DNA of 41,864 nucleotides from Coriobacteriia bacterium (GTDB lineage Bacteria; Actinomycetota; Coriobacteriia; Anaerosomatales; JAENZW01). Location: assembly GCA_029858605.1 (NCBI GenBank), contig JAOUET010000001.1:1-41864 (forward strand), read 5' to 3'. Under the pieces are notes generated by a model, which saw only the letters and a list, made by a program, of their open reading frames with translations, had not been told where the DNA came from and did no database searches. Both the position numbers and the translations under genes were made by a program. Below are positions 10,566-18,204 of this stretch, in pieces; positions within the stretch are counted from its first letter, which is position 1, and every line of letters begins with the position of its first letter.

Positions 10566-10766
10566 CTATTCGGCGTACTCGAACAGCTCCTCGACGGTGA
10601 CCCCGAACACCTCGGCGATGTCCATCGCAAGCCGCAGTGAGGGATTGTATTCGCCGTGCTCGAGATGCACGATCGTCTCTCTTCGCACGCCGACCCTGTC
10701 CGCCAGTTCGCGCTGCGTGAGCTCGAACCGTACTCGCTGTTCGCGGATGTGCGTCATCAAGGACAT
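10566..10766 (-). CDS. XRE/Cro-C1-family helix-turn-helix transcriptional regulator (66 aa)
   Basis: MSLMTHIREQRVRFELTQRELADRVGVRRETIVHLEHGEYNPSLRLAMDIAEVFGVTVEELF is a classic short HTH_XRE protein. The upstream part of ORF 10566..11015 is Arg/Pro-rich and was rejected. Confidence 0.85.
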   Translation of the reverse strand: MSLMTHIREQRVRFELTQRELADRVGVRRETIVHLEHGEYNPSLRLAMDIAEVFGVTVEELFEYAE

Positions 10767-11027
10767 ATCGCCTCGCATCCAAGGAGATCGTGGCGGCGAT
10801 CGCGTCACGCCCCCCGCCCTTGAAGGAGTCGTCCCGCGTTTATTTACCCGGCAGGGAGGTGCGCTAACTCTCACACGGCATCGTGTTCGCGTGCGGTCTC
10901 CAGCTTCGAGCCTGCCGCGTGTCGCGCACGGGGTGGGGCGGTGCGCGACAGCACGGCTGAGAGGGGTACCTACTACGTAGGAGCGCGGCACCGGACACCC
11001 CCAGTTTGTCTGCACCTAGGAGGGCTC

Positions 11028-11396
11028 GTGAGCCAGTACATCGAAGTCATGACGACCGAGGAACTGGCCGAAGGAGAGATGCGGCTCGTCGAGGTAGACG
11101 GCCACAAGATCGTCGTCGCAAGAATAGACGGGGCGTTCTACGCTGCCGACGCACACTGCCCGCACCTTCACGGGAACCTGTGGAAGGGCACTCTGGAGGG
11201 CACTGTCGTCACGTGCCCGCTCCATCACTCGAAGTTCGATCTGACCGACGGACACGTCGTCACCTGGACGGATTTCAAGGGTGCGGTGAGGACGATGGCC
11301 GGGATGGTGCGGCATGCCCGGCCTCTGCGCGTCTACGAGACGATCGTGGACGGCGGGGATCTCTACGTCGGACCTCAGAAAGAACCGCCCGCCTGA
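11028..11396 (+). CDS. Rieske [2Fe-2S] domain protein (ferredoxin-type)
   Basis: CPHLHG ... CPLHHSKF (CxH / CxxH) Rieske ligands. AGGAGGG just upstream of GTG 11028; ATG 11049 is an alternative start. Confidence 0.85.
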   Translation: MSQYIEVMTTEELAEGEMRLVEVDGHKIVVARIDGAFYAADAHCPHLHGNLWKGTLEGTVVTCPLHHSKFDLTDGHVVTWTDFKGAVRTMAGMVRHARPLRVYETIVDGGDLYVGPQKEPPA

Positions 11397-11479
11397 CGCC
11401 CCAGGTCTTGAGCTTTCAGTCCGGAGCCTCTGATGCCGACGAATAGGGTGAAGCTTTCGCGATTGCCGAAGGAGCCACC

Positions 11480-11635
11480 TTGGACACCCGTGACCATCTG
11501 TCCCAACGCCAGCGCGAAGCGCTCTGGAAGTGGCGCTGGCTGGGGTGGCGAGAGAGCACGCCCGCCTTCAAGGCGAGTCTGGCGCTTGTCGCGTTCGCAG
11601 TGCTCGCGTTCGTCATTCTACTGGGGCGTATCTAG
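11480..11635 (+). CDS. candidate small tail-anchored membrane protein (51 aa), unannotated by the ORF track
   Basis: AAGGAG (11469-11474) lies 5 nt before TTG 11480. Product is MDTRDHLSQRQREALWKWRWLGWRESTPAFKASLALVAFAVLAFVILLGRI. Third codon positions are strongly G/C, and the C-terminus is one clean TM helix. Confidence 0.3.
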   Translation: MDTRDHLSQRQREALWKWRWLGWRESTPAFKASLALVAFAVLAFVILLGRI

Positions 11636-11773
11636 CAGCGTGCGGGCAGCATCCTGCTGCCGCCGTGGGTGAACGGGCGGAGTCAGGCCGATTCCGCCCC
11701 TGTCCTGGCCGGGTGCGATCCGTGTGGCTTGACCGCGCATCGGCCGTTCCGTACGATTGTCCGGCGTCTTAGA

Positions 11774-11849
11774 GGCCAGGTAGCTCAGCTGGTAGAGCAG
11801 GGGACTGAAAATCCCCGTGTCGGCGGTTCAAGTCCGTCCCTGGCCACCA
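11774..11849 (+). tRNA. tRNA-Phe (anticodon GAA)
   Basis: GGCCAGG/TA/GCTC-AGCTGGTA-GAGC/A/GGGGA-CTGAAAA-TCCCC/GTGTC/GGCGG-TTCAAGT-CCGTC/CCTGGCC/A/CCA. Encoded CCA. Confidence 0.93.
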
Positions 11850-11860
11850 TCTGGATTCGT

Positions 11861-11890
11861 GGGCCCTGCCGAAGAGGCGGGGCCCTCTTG
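11861..11890 (+). terminator. stem-loop after tRNA-Phe (likely intrinsic terminator)
   Basis: GGGCCCTGCC-GAAGA-GGCGGGGCCC (10-bp stem, one G-U pair) followed by TCTTG. Confidence 0.5.
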
Positions 11891-12262
11891 CGTCCGCACG
11901 GGTGACTGCTGTCGGTGTGGTGCGACGGAACTTGGCGCCGCCAAGCTCGTGACTACCATGCGGTCTACACCAGGGTAGAATCACCGTAGGGACTGTAGCA
12001 GCGTGCACGGGCACGGATCGCGAGGACGTGGTCCGGCAAGTGCGAGCGCAAACGCAGCACACGCAGCCGTACTTTCTGCGCGAAGGCGATTCAGGTGCCA
12101 GCCTAGTACCACAGCGGAGCGGGGCGCCGAAGACCGCGGATGCGCATGAAAGTAAGCCACAGTAACTCGCCCAAGACGCTCGACGTGACACCTGGATACA
12201 CGACCGCGCACGCGCTCGTGCGCTCTGTTCCTTGAAAAGGAAAGATTGTGAGGCGATGGGCT

Positions 12263-13180
12263 ATGAAGAGGGGGATTGTCTTTTCCCTCCTCGTCGGGTT
12301 GGTCCTGATGCTCTCATCCCAGACGGCGTTCGCAAAGGAGAATGCGGACAAGCCGCAGACCTACAACGCTGCGACCGCCGCTGGACAAGCGAAAGCGGAT
12401 CGAGAAGCAAACGCGAAGCCGAAGATGGACCGCGCCCAGCCAAAGAATAGCGGGAAGCCGAAACAGAACGGCCAATCCAATCGCAAGGCTGCGCACGATC
12501 CGAATCCGCTCGCAAAAGGCAAAACAAGCGACGAGACGACACCAGAACCTTTCGAAGATGACACTGCGAAGAACGCGAGCGAGGAGCCTATCTCCACGCC
12601 GCAACCGACCACCGTTCAACTTCATCCCGCGCACGTTGGCGCGGACAGTGAGACTTTCGGCACTGATTCAGACACTGGGGGTCTCCACGATTCTGTAGTG
12701 TGGCATTTCGTCTTGAACGGACTTGACCCCGGCACCCAGCCGGCCGAGCTTTCGGCCACCTTCCAGATCGCTGGCAACGTGACAGCAATCGGTCTGCCGG
12801 TCGGCAACGGTTCGACCCAGCATTTCTACGTAGGCACTCCTTCTCACGATGTCCTGCTCGGATGCTCGGCTATCGTAACCAGCGCCGGTGTTGGCAAGCT
12901 GGTGCTCAGCAACGTGGCATGGACCTCCGGGTCGGAGGAGCCCGAAGAGCCGGAGGAACCGGAGGAGCCCGAAGAGCCGGAGGAACCGGAGGAGCCCGAA
13001 GAGCCGGAGGAGCAGGTCGACGGCGAGCCTTTCCTGCCGTTTGCCGAGGAGGCCGCGTCGACCGCCAAGGAGCCCTATCTTCCCTACACGGGAGACACGG
13101 GAACTCTGATCCTTGGAGCTGCTGCTTGGGCCGCAATGCTCGGCGCGGCGCTGAGAGTTGGATCACGCTATCTGCACTAG
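12263..13180 (+). CDS. LPXTG-anchored cell-surface protein with (PEE)n linker
   Basis: Signal peptide MKRGIVFSLLVGLVLMLSSQTAFA-KEN. C-terminal sorting signal is LPYTG plus hydrophobic GTLILGAAAWAAMLGAAL plus a basic tail RVGSRYLH. Lys-rich disordered N-region, a ~110-aa unknown domain, then an EEPEEPEEP... run. Confidence 0.85.
   Translation: MKRGIVFSLLVGLVLMLSSQTAFAKENADKPQTYNAATAAGQAKADREANAKPKMDRAQPKNSGKPKQNGQSNRKAAHDPNPLAKGKTSDETTPEPFEDDTAKNASEEPISTPQPTTVQLHPAHVGADSETFGTDSDTGGLHDSVVWHFVLNGLDPGTQPAELSATFQIAGNVTAIGLPVGNGSTQHFYVGTPSHDVLLGCSAIVTSAGVGKLVLSNVAWTSGSEEPEEPEEPEEPEEPEEPEEPEEPEEQVDGEPFLPFAEEAASTAKEPYLPYTGDTGTLILGAAAWAAMLGAALRVGSRYLH
12934..13012 (+). repeat. 27-nt tandem repeat, ~2.9 copies (encodes the EEPEEPEEP linker)
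   Basis: GGAGGAGCCCGAAGAGCCGGAGGAACC occurs at 12934-12960 and identically at 12961-12987. A third partial copy runs to 13012. Confidence 0.9.
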
Positions 13181-13316
13181 TGCTAGGCGTCCAGAGCAAG
13201 AGAGGAGCCGCCATTGTGGCGGCTCCTTCGCCTTCCTGGAGCTGTCCGAGCAGCGTGCGAAGGGAGATAATAGGGCTACCTCGTGCCGCGAGGTCCGACG
13301 ACGGAGGGGATGCCCG

Positions 13317-13979
13317 GTGGCTGCCGACCGACAGCGCAACGCGTTGCAGGTGATCTTCTCGTTCTTTCTGGGCCTGATGGTAACTGCCTTCATCGGGGTT
13401 GGCGTAAACACGTTCTATCAGTCACCAGAAGTGCGCTACCAGGACGAAATCGATGAACTTGTCCGCCAGGAAGAGGACGTCTACATCACCCAGGATGCCG
13501 AGGGTCCGCTGTCTGCGCAGGACGAGGCCACGCTGGAGGAGATCAGGAGAGAGATCCGCGCGCTCGAGGACAAGCGGCAGTCAGAGTGGGAGCCCTACGC
13601 CCGCAACACGAGCATCATACTCATCCTCTTCGCGACACTCGTCATGGGCATTTCGCTGATGCGCTCAGAACAGCTGCGGATCATAAGCAACGGTCTACTG
13701 CTCGGTGGTCTCTTCACGATGCTCTATGGGACCGGGTGGGTGATCGCCAGCGGCAGCTCGCTCGCTCGTTTCGCTGTGATGACATTCGCGCTGGTCGTCA
13801 CGTTCGCTCTGGGATACGCGAGATTCGTCCGTTCGCGCGGGGTCATGCCAGCAGCCGCACGCACGCCATCCGCCGCGGTCGCCTCGGATGCGGAGGTGTC
13901 GTCCCTCGAGGCACGCGTGACCGCGCTCGAGCGGAGAACGGCGAAGGCGGCTTCGGCTCTCACGCACGACGAGGACTGA
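13317..13979 (+). CDS. hypothetical multi-TM membrane protein with coiled-coil segments
   Basis: GGAGG lies 9 nt upstream of GTG 13317. The product has a TM helix (VIFSFFLGLMVTAFIGVGV), a charged helix, three more TM helices and a C-terminal heptad-like tail. The 13158 start overlaps the preceding gene and was rejected. Confidence 0.65.
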   Translation: MAADRQRNALQVIFSFFLGLMVTAFIGVGVNTFYQSPEVRYQDEIDELVRQEEDVYITQDAEGPLSAQDEATLEEIRREIRALEDKRQSEWEPYARNTSIILILFATLVMGISLMRSEQLRIISNGLLLGGLFTMLYGTGWVIASGSSLARFAVMTFALVVTFALGYARFVRSRGVMPAAARTPSAAVASDAEVSSLEARVTALERRTAKAASALTHDED

Positions 13980-13988
13980 CGAGCGAGT

Positions 13989-15473
13989 CTACAGATACTG
14001 CCAGACGTCGTCGATGCCAGCTTGGGCTGCAGGCACGCACTCTGTGATTCTGCGGACGGACTCGCCTGACTGGGGATCGACGATGCGCAGGTCGGCGACT
14101 TCGGGCTCGTCGAGCCAGCGGCCTGACGGATCGATGAGTACTTTCACGCGTGGATGCAACAGATCGTCGTTGTTGACGCGAAACACAACGGCTGTGGAAC
14201 CGTTGTCCAGCTCTACGACCGCCCCCATCGGGTAGATTCCGAGCATCGCGACGAAGGCTTTGGTGATTGACGGGTCGTAGGCTTTGCCGCGGCCCTGCAT
14301 GAGCACGGCGAGCGCCTTGTCGGGTCGGATCTCGCGACGGAAAGGCCGCCGCGTGGTCATTGCGTCGTAGGCGTCGCAGAGTGCGACGACCTTCGAGAAC
14401 AAGTGCTGTTCCTGCGATGCGGGGACCTCCGGATAGCCCTGCATGTCGTGGCGCATGTGGTGCTCGAACGCAACGACCATGGGCATCTGATCCACGAGCT
14501 GGATTCGCTTGAGCAGATCCGCGCCCTCCTCGGCATGACTCTTCACGATGCCCCACTCGTCACTCGTGAGCGGACCCTGTTTGTTGAGTATGTCTTCCGG
14601 GATGCGAACCTTGCCCAGGTCGTAGAGGAGAGCGGAAAGACCCAGGGAACGCAAGGATTCGGTGTCCAGGCCGAGGGAAGTTCCCAGCGACAGTGCAAGG
14701 ATGCAGACGTTGATGGAGTGATTGAGCGTGTAGGAGTCGTGGCCCTTGATAGCGGTCAGGCCCAGGACTGCAGCCGGGTCGGTGAAGAGGCTGTCGAGAA
14801 GGGAGCTCACGATGCTCTGGAGCGGCTCGACGTCGAAGACCTTTCCCAGCTTGACCTGGGTTTCGAGATCCTTCATTGCGGACATGCCGTTGTCGTACGT
14901 CTCGCGAGCGCGCGCTTTGTTCTCGCGGCCGCGAGCTTCCTTGTCCGTGTCTTCGAGGGTTGTGGTCTCGGCGAGAGAAATCGATGTGGCACCCTTCTGT
15001 TCGAGGAATATCTGAGCCGCCTCGATGTCGTGTATCTTCTCTTCTGCCATGAGATCCACGAGAGCCGCGCCGTCTTCGGCGGCGAAGCCTGCAAGGAACG
15101 CCATTGCCGAGACACCCATCGCAAGCAGGGCCTCGACGAGCCTGCGATACGTCACGCTTTCTTCGGGGAAGACCTGGTTCTCGACGAACAGGGTGCCTTT
15201 GTAGACGTTCAGCGTGACCGATTCGAAGCCGAGGTCGAAAATGGCGTCGACCGCCGCGGCCAGCTCGTCGATGGACTGGGCCACGAGCGGGTGTGTGACG
15301 GGGTACAGACCCGCGTTGGTGTGGGCCACCGCGGTGGTCCGGAGAAGCTCCTTGGCCTTCGCGAGCTTGCTGGCCGTCGAGAAAGGAACTCTCGCAGAAC
15401 CAGCAGTCTGAGCGGCGATTTCCTCGGGGGTCTCGAGTTCGCCTTGATCTTCTGGGCGCGTATCGTCAGTCAC
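13989..15473 (-). CDS. HD-GYP-domain protein (c-di-GMP phosphodiesterase family) with non-canonical YD in place of HD
   Basis: Motifs present: HSINV, LLYDLGK (canonical LLHDIGK), KSHAEEG, EHHMRHDMQGYPE (HHxxxDxxGYP) and CDAYDAMTTRRPF. The GTG start overlaps the upstream gene's stop (GTGA). Confidence 0.85.
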   Translation of the reverse strand: MTDDTRPEDQGELETPEEIAAQTAGSARVPFSTASKLAKAKELLRTTAVAHTNAGLYPVTHPLVAQSIDELAAAVDAIFDLGFESVTLNVYKGTLFVENQVFPEESVTYRRLVEALLAMGVSAMAFLAGFAAEDGAALVDLMAEEKIHDIEAAQIFLEQKGATSISLAETTTLEDTDKEARGRENKARARETYDNGMSAMKDLETQVKLGKVFDVEPLQSIVSSLLDSLFTDPAAVLGLTAIKGHDSYTLNHSINVCILALSLGTSLGLDTESLRSLGLSALLYDLGKVRIPEDILNKQGPLTSDEWGIVKSHAEEGADLLKRIQLVDQMPMVVAFEHHMRHDMQGYPEVPASQEQHLFSKVVALCDAYDAMTTRRPFRREIRPDKALAVLMQGRGKAYDPSITKAFVAMLGIYPMGAVVELDNGSTAVVFRVNNDDLLHPRVKVLIDPSGRWLDEPEVADLRIVDPQSGESVRRITECVPAAQAGIDDVWQYL

Positions 15474-17380
15474 TGCGCATCGACTCCTTGTGGCGTCTCG
15501 GCAACGGTCCGGGACAGTTGATCAGCAGCACGTTGGGCTAGGAATCTCAGCTCCTTGTTCTTGCGGCCGAAAACGAAACGACGGTTCGCCACGCGGCGCA
15601 ATACCGGAAGCGCGTCGGGCGAACCGAGCGATTCGAGGCTCTTGATGACTTCTTTCTTCAGTTCGTGATTCCTCTCGAAGACGTTGATATCCCCCAGGAT
15701 TCGTGTAAGCGGCGGGATAGCTTCGGTCGCGCCTGCACGCCCGATCTCGGCGATGACGTGTCGTTTCGTTTCAGGATCCCAGTGGCCGAGCGCCTTCGTC
15801 AGCGCAGCACGGGAATCTGGGCCAGGCGTCTCGGCGAGCGCGGTGACCGCCTCACGGCGGACCTGCACGTCGAGGTGTTCGAGTGCCTGCTGAAGCACGG
15901 GCACGACTCGCCGGTCGCCAAGGAGTGGCAGCACGCGGACGACAGCGACCGCCGCAGCAGTGTCGCCGCTGCGCAGACGACGGCTGGAAACGGCGAGCAG
16001 CGGCTCTCCGAAGCCCCGCAGCACCGGTCGGAGTAGCGATCGCCCCGCTTCGTTCGCGTGGATGTAGTAGTCGAGCAGCGCCTCCGCGCCGGAGGTTCCC
16101 GCCGCCGAGAGGATCTCCCCCGCGATCGCGGCATCCGCGTCGGTCAGCGGTGCTCGGCAGACGTCCGCAAGTATCTCCGGGTCCTGGAGCGAGTTCCTAG
16201 CCTGCTCGATCTCGAGGGCAAGTGACGCATCCGCGCCCATCTCGTCCAACCGTCGAAGCGCTCCGCGTACGGCCGAAAACGCTCCGTCACGCGCCGCTAT
16301 CGGCAGTGCCTGCCCGATCGCGCGCACGGCTTCCACATCAGCTTTTGAGCGAGACACGGCCACGGTCGTAGTGAGAGCGCGACCCGATGCGAGGGAGGGC
16401 GACGACAACGCGATCTGGCGGTCGAGCTCGGCGCCATCCGCGTCCTCGAAGACGTCGTCGACGATGCGCTCCACGTCTGGCTCGGCGGGCACGCCACAGT
16501 CGGCTTCGCTGCGTGGCGAGGGCGCAAGTAGCATGGCCACCTCGCGCGCCAGCTCGGGCGGCAGCTCCAAGGCCCCCGCGAGCCGATTCTCGTCCGCACC
16601 GGCTTGTTGGGCGACGATGCGGAGGAGGCGCGCAAGAGACGCTGGGTTCATGTGCGTCAGCACGTCCAGGCCACCGGTCATTCGCGAGCCGGTTGTGTCC
16701 GAGCGCAGTCCGTAGGCGAGCAGACGCATTCGGCTCTCTTCATCCAGGTGGAGGAGTGCTTCCGCAATGCGCTCGGTCGCGATGTCTCGAGTGGCGTCTT
16801 CGAGACGATCGATGGCCGCGCGTACGTCATCGACCCCCTGCCCTGCCTGGGCGGTCTGCGACCATTTCTCTGTGGCTGCGAGAACCTCTCGGCCAAGTTC
16901 GTCCAGCGGTGCTGCAGTCAGATCCAAGCCGAGGATACCCTCCTCTGAGGAGGCACGCAGCGTAACCTCGATGACCGCGATGCGACTCACGCCTGCCTGT
17001 GCCAACGCCTCACGAACGCCCTGCTGTCGCACTTGGGTCGGATCCGTGTTCGCAACACCTATGAAGGCATGCGCGTCCGTCTCGGTGAGGTCGGGAGCGA
17101 TGACGAGCTGACCGACCTGCATGGCGTGAAGGGCCTCGGCGAACGCGACGACCTGACTCTGACCAGCCACGATTTCCTGATCACCGACGCGGAATCCGTG
17201 CGGGTCGAGAATGTAGCGCAAGGGACCGATCGAGTTGGTGACCTCGTTCGAACGAGCTATGAAGCGCTGCAGCGCTTCCACCGGGAGGGGGCTCGACGGC
17301 GGATAGAGCCGCGCAGCGTTCGCTGCCGTCGCGAGCAGTCGCACCACTTCTTCGGCCAGAGGATGACCCTCGATTTCCAC
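15470..17380 (-). CDS. HEAT-repeat protein with an N-terminal domain paralogous to that of the downstream HD-GYP protein
   Basis: 636 aa, all-helical. The C-terminal region has HEAT/PBS-lyase-like repeats (VRREAVTALAETPGPDSRAALTKALGHWDPETKRHVIAEIGRAGATEAIPPLTRIL). GGGAG Shine-Dalgarno sequence before GTG 17380. Confidence 0.75.
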   Translation of the reverse strand: MEIEGHPLAEEVVRLLATAANAARLYPPSSPLPVEALQRFIARSNEVTNSIGPLRYILDPHGFRVGDQEIVAGQSQVVAFAEALHAMQVGQLVIAPDLTETDAHAFIGVANTDPTQVRQQGVREALAQAGVSRIAVIEVTLRASSEEGILGLDLTAAPLDELGREVLAATEKWSQTAQAGQGVDDVRAAIDRLEDATRDIATERIAEALLHLDEESRMRLLAYGLRSDTTGSRMTGGLDVLTHMNPASLARLLRIVAQQAGADENRLAGALELPPELAREVAMLLAPSPRSEADCGVPAEPDVERIVDDVFEDADGAELDRQIALSSPSLASGRALTTTVAVSRSKADVEAVRAIGQALPIAARDGAFSAVRGALRRLDEMGADASLALEIEQARNSLQDPEILADVCRAPLTDADAAIAGEILSAAGTSGAEALLDYYIHANEAGRSLLRPVLRGFGEPLLAVSSRRLRSGDTAAAVAVVRVLPLLGDRRVVPVLQQALEHLDVQVRREAVTALAETPGPDSRAALTKALGHWDPETKRHVIAEIGRAGATEAIPPLTRILGDINVFERNHELKKEVIKSLESLGSPDALPVLRRVANRRFVFGRKNKELRFLAQRAADQLSRTVAETPQGVDAQ

Positions 17381-17606
17381 GCCGCTCCCTTGCGCCCGTG
17401 TATCGCTACACTGATGCTACATCGAAATCATGGTATCGGCTGAGCACTATGCCTCCACCGTGCCGATAATCACGGTACAGTGGAGGAGTGTGACAGGCGG
17501 CGACGCTCGTTCGTCGGAATCGCCGTCAGATGGCAGGGGAACTGTCCGATAAAGACAGATAGGCGACCGCATGGGGCGGACAGCCTGACCTCGGAGCCGA
17601 CATGCT

Positions 17607-18101
17607 GTGAGTCTCAAGACTGATGCGCACTACAGAGCTGTCGCAAGCGATGCGCTGAAGAAGGCGGGCATCGCCGAGCCTCCTATACCCGTCGAACAGC
17701 TCGCCCAGGGCTACGGTATCCCCATGCGCCAGGTCTCATTCCCGTCTTTCTTCTCAGGCGCGATCGTCTACGAGGACGGACTGCCCGTCATCATGATCAA
17801 CGGGGCAAAGGACGAGGCCGTGCGAAGGAAGACGCTTGCGCACCTCCTCGGCCATGTCTTGATTCTGATCGACGATCCCAGCTCGGGATTCCCGCGGAAT
17901 TCGAACCCGGATCATCGTGAAGCCGAGATCGTCGCCCAGGAGCTCTTGACGCCAGAGTTCATGATTCGGGACGAGGCGGCGAGGTGGTTCAACGACTACC
18001 GGTACCTAGCACGTCTCTTCGGCGTTCCCGAGGCTGAGATGATGCGAAGGATGCTCGACATGGGCATCATCAAACAACGGGGCGTCCTCTGGGACTATTG
18101 A
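17607..18101 (+). CDS. ImmA/IrrE-family (DUF955) metallopeptidase-like protein with degenerate HLxxH motif
   Basis: RRKTLAHLLGHVLI aligns with the family's RRFTLAHELGHxxxH, and EAEIVAQELLTPEFM matches the E..AN.FA.ELLMP region. GTG start has GGAG 10 nt upstream. Confidence 0.7.
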   Translation: MSLKTDAHYRAVASDALKKAGIAEPPIPVEQLAQGYGIPMRQVSFPSFFSGAIVYEDGLPVIMINGAKDEAVRRKTLAHLLGHVLILIDDPSSGFPRNSNPDHREAEIVAQELLTPEFMIRDEAARWFNDYRYLARLFGVPEAEMMRRMLDMGIIKQRGVLWDY

Positions 18102-18204
18102 TATCATCGGGGCGGTCATCGAGTGTCTGTCGACACAGGGGCGGCAAACCGGGGGCGCGTCGGCTGCATGCCGACGAGCCCAACACGCAGAGAGGGGTCC
18201 ATCT

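Noticed and set aside
11433-11672. 79-aa (+) and 66-aa (-, 11416-11616) ORFs in the Rieske/tRNA-Phe spacer.
   Set aside because: They have no Shine-Dalgarno sequence and their composition is Arg/Ser/Pro-rich. The alternative 51-aa frame (11480-11635) is the only one with a Shine-Dalgarno sequence and a membrane-protein-like product.
14403-15521. 372-aa ORF on the + strand, antisense to the HD-GYP gene. Similar long antisense ORFs occur at 5046-6011(-), 19176-20069(-), 24629-26125(-), 30990-32303(-), 33757-34752(-) and 39654-40556(-).
   Set aside because: Their translations are Arg/Gly/His/Asp-rich and low in complexity, with no recognisable motifs. They lie exactly opposite genes that have strong family signatures. 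Long stop-free antisense frames are expected in GC-rich DNA.
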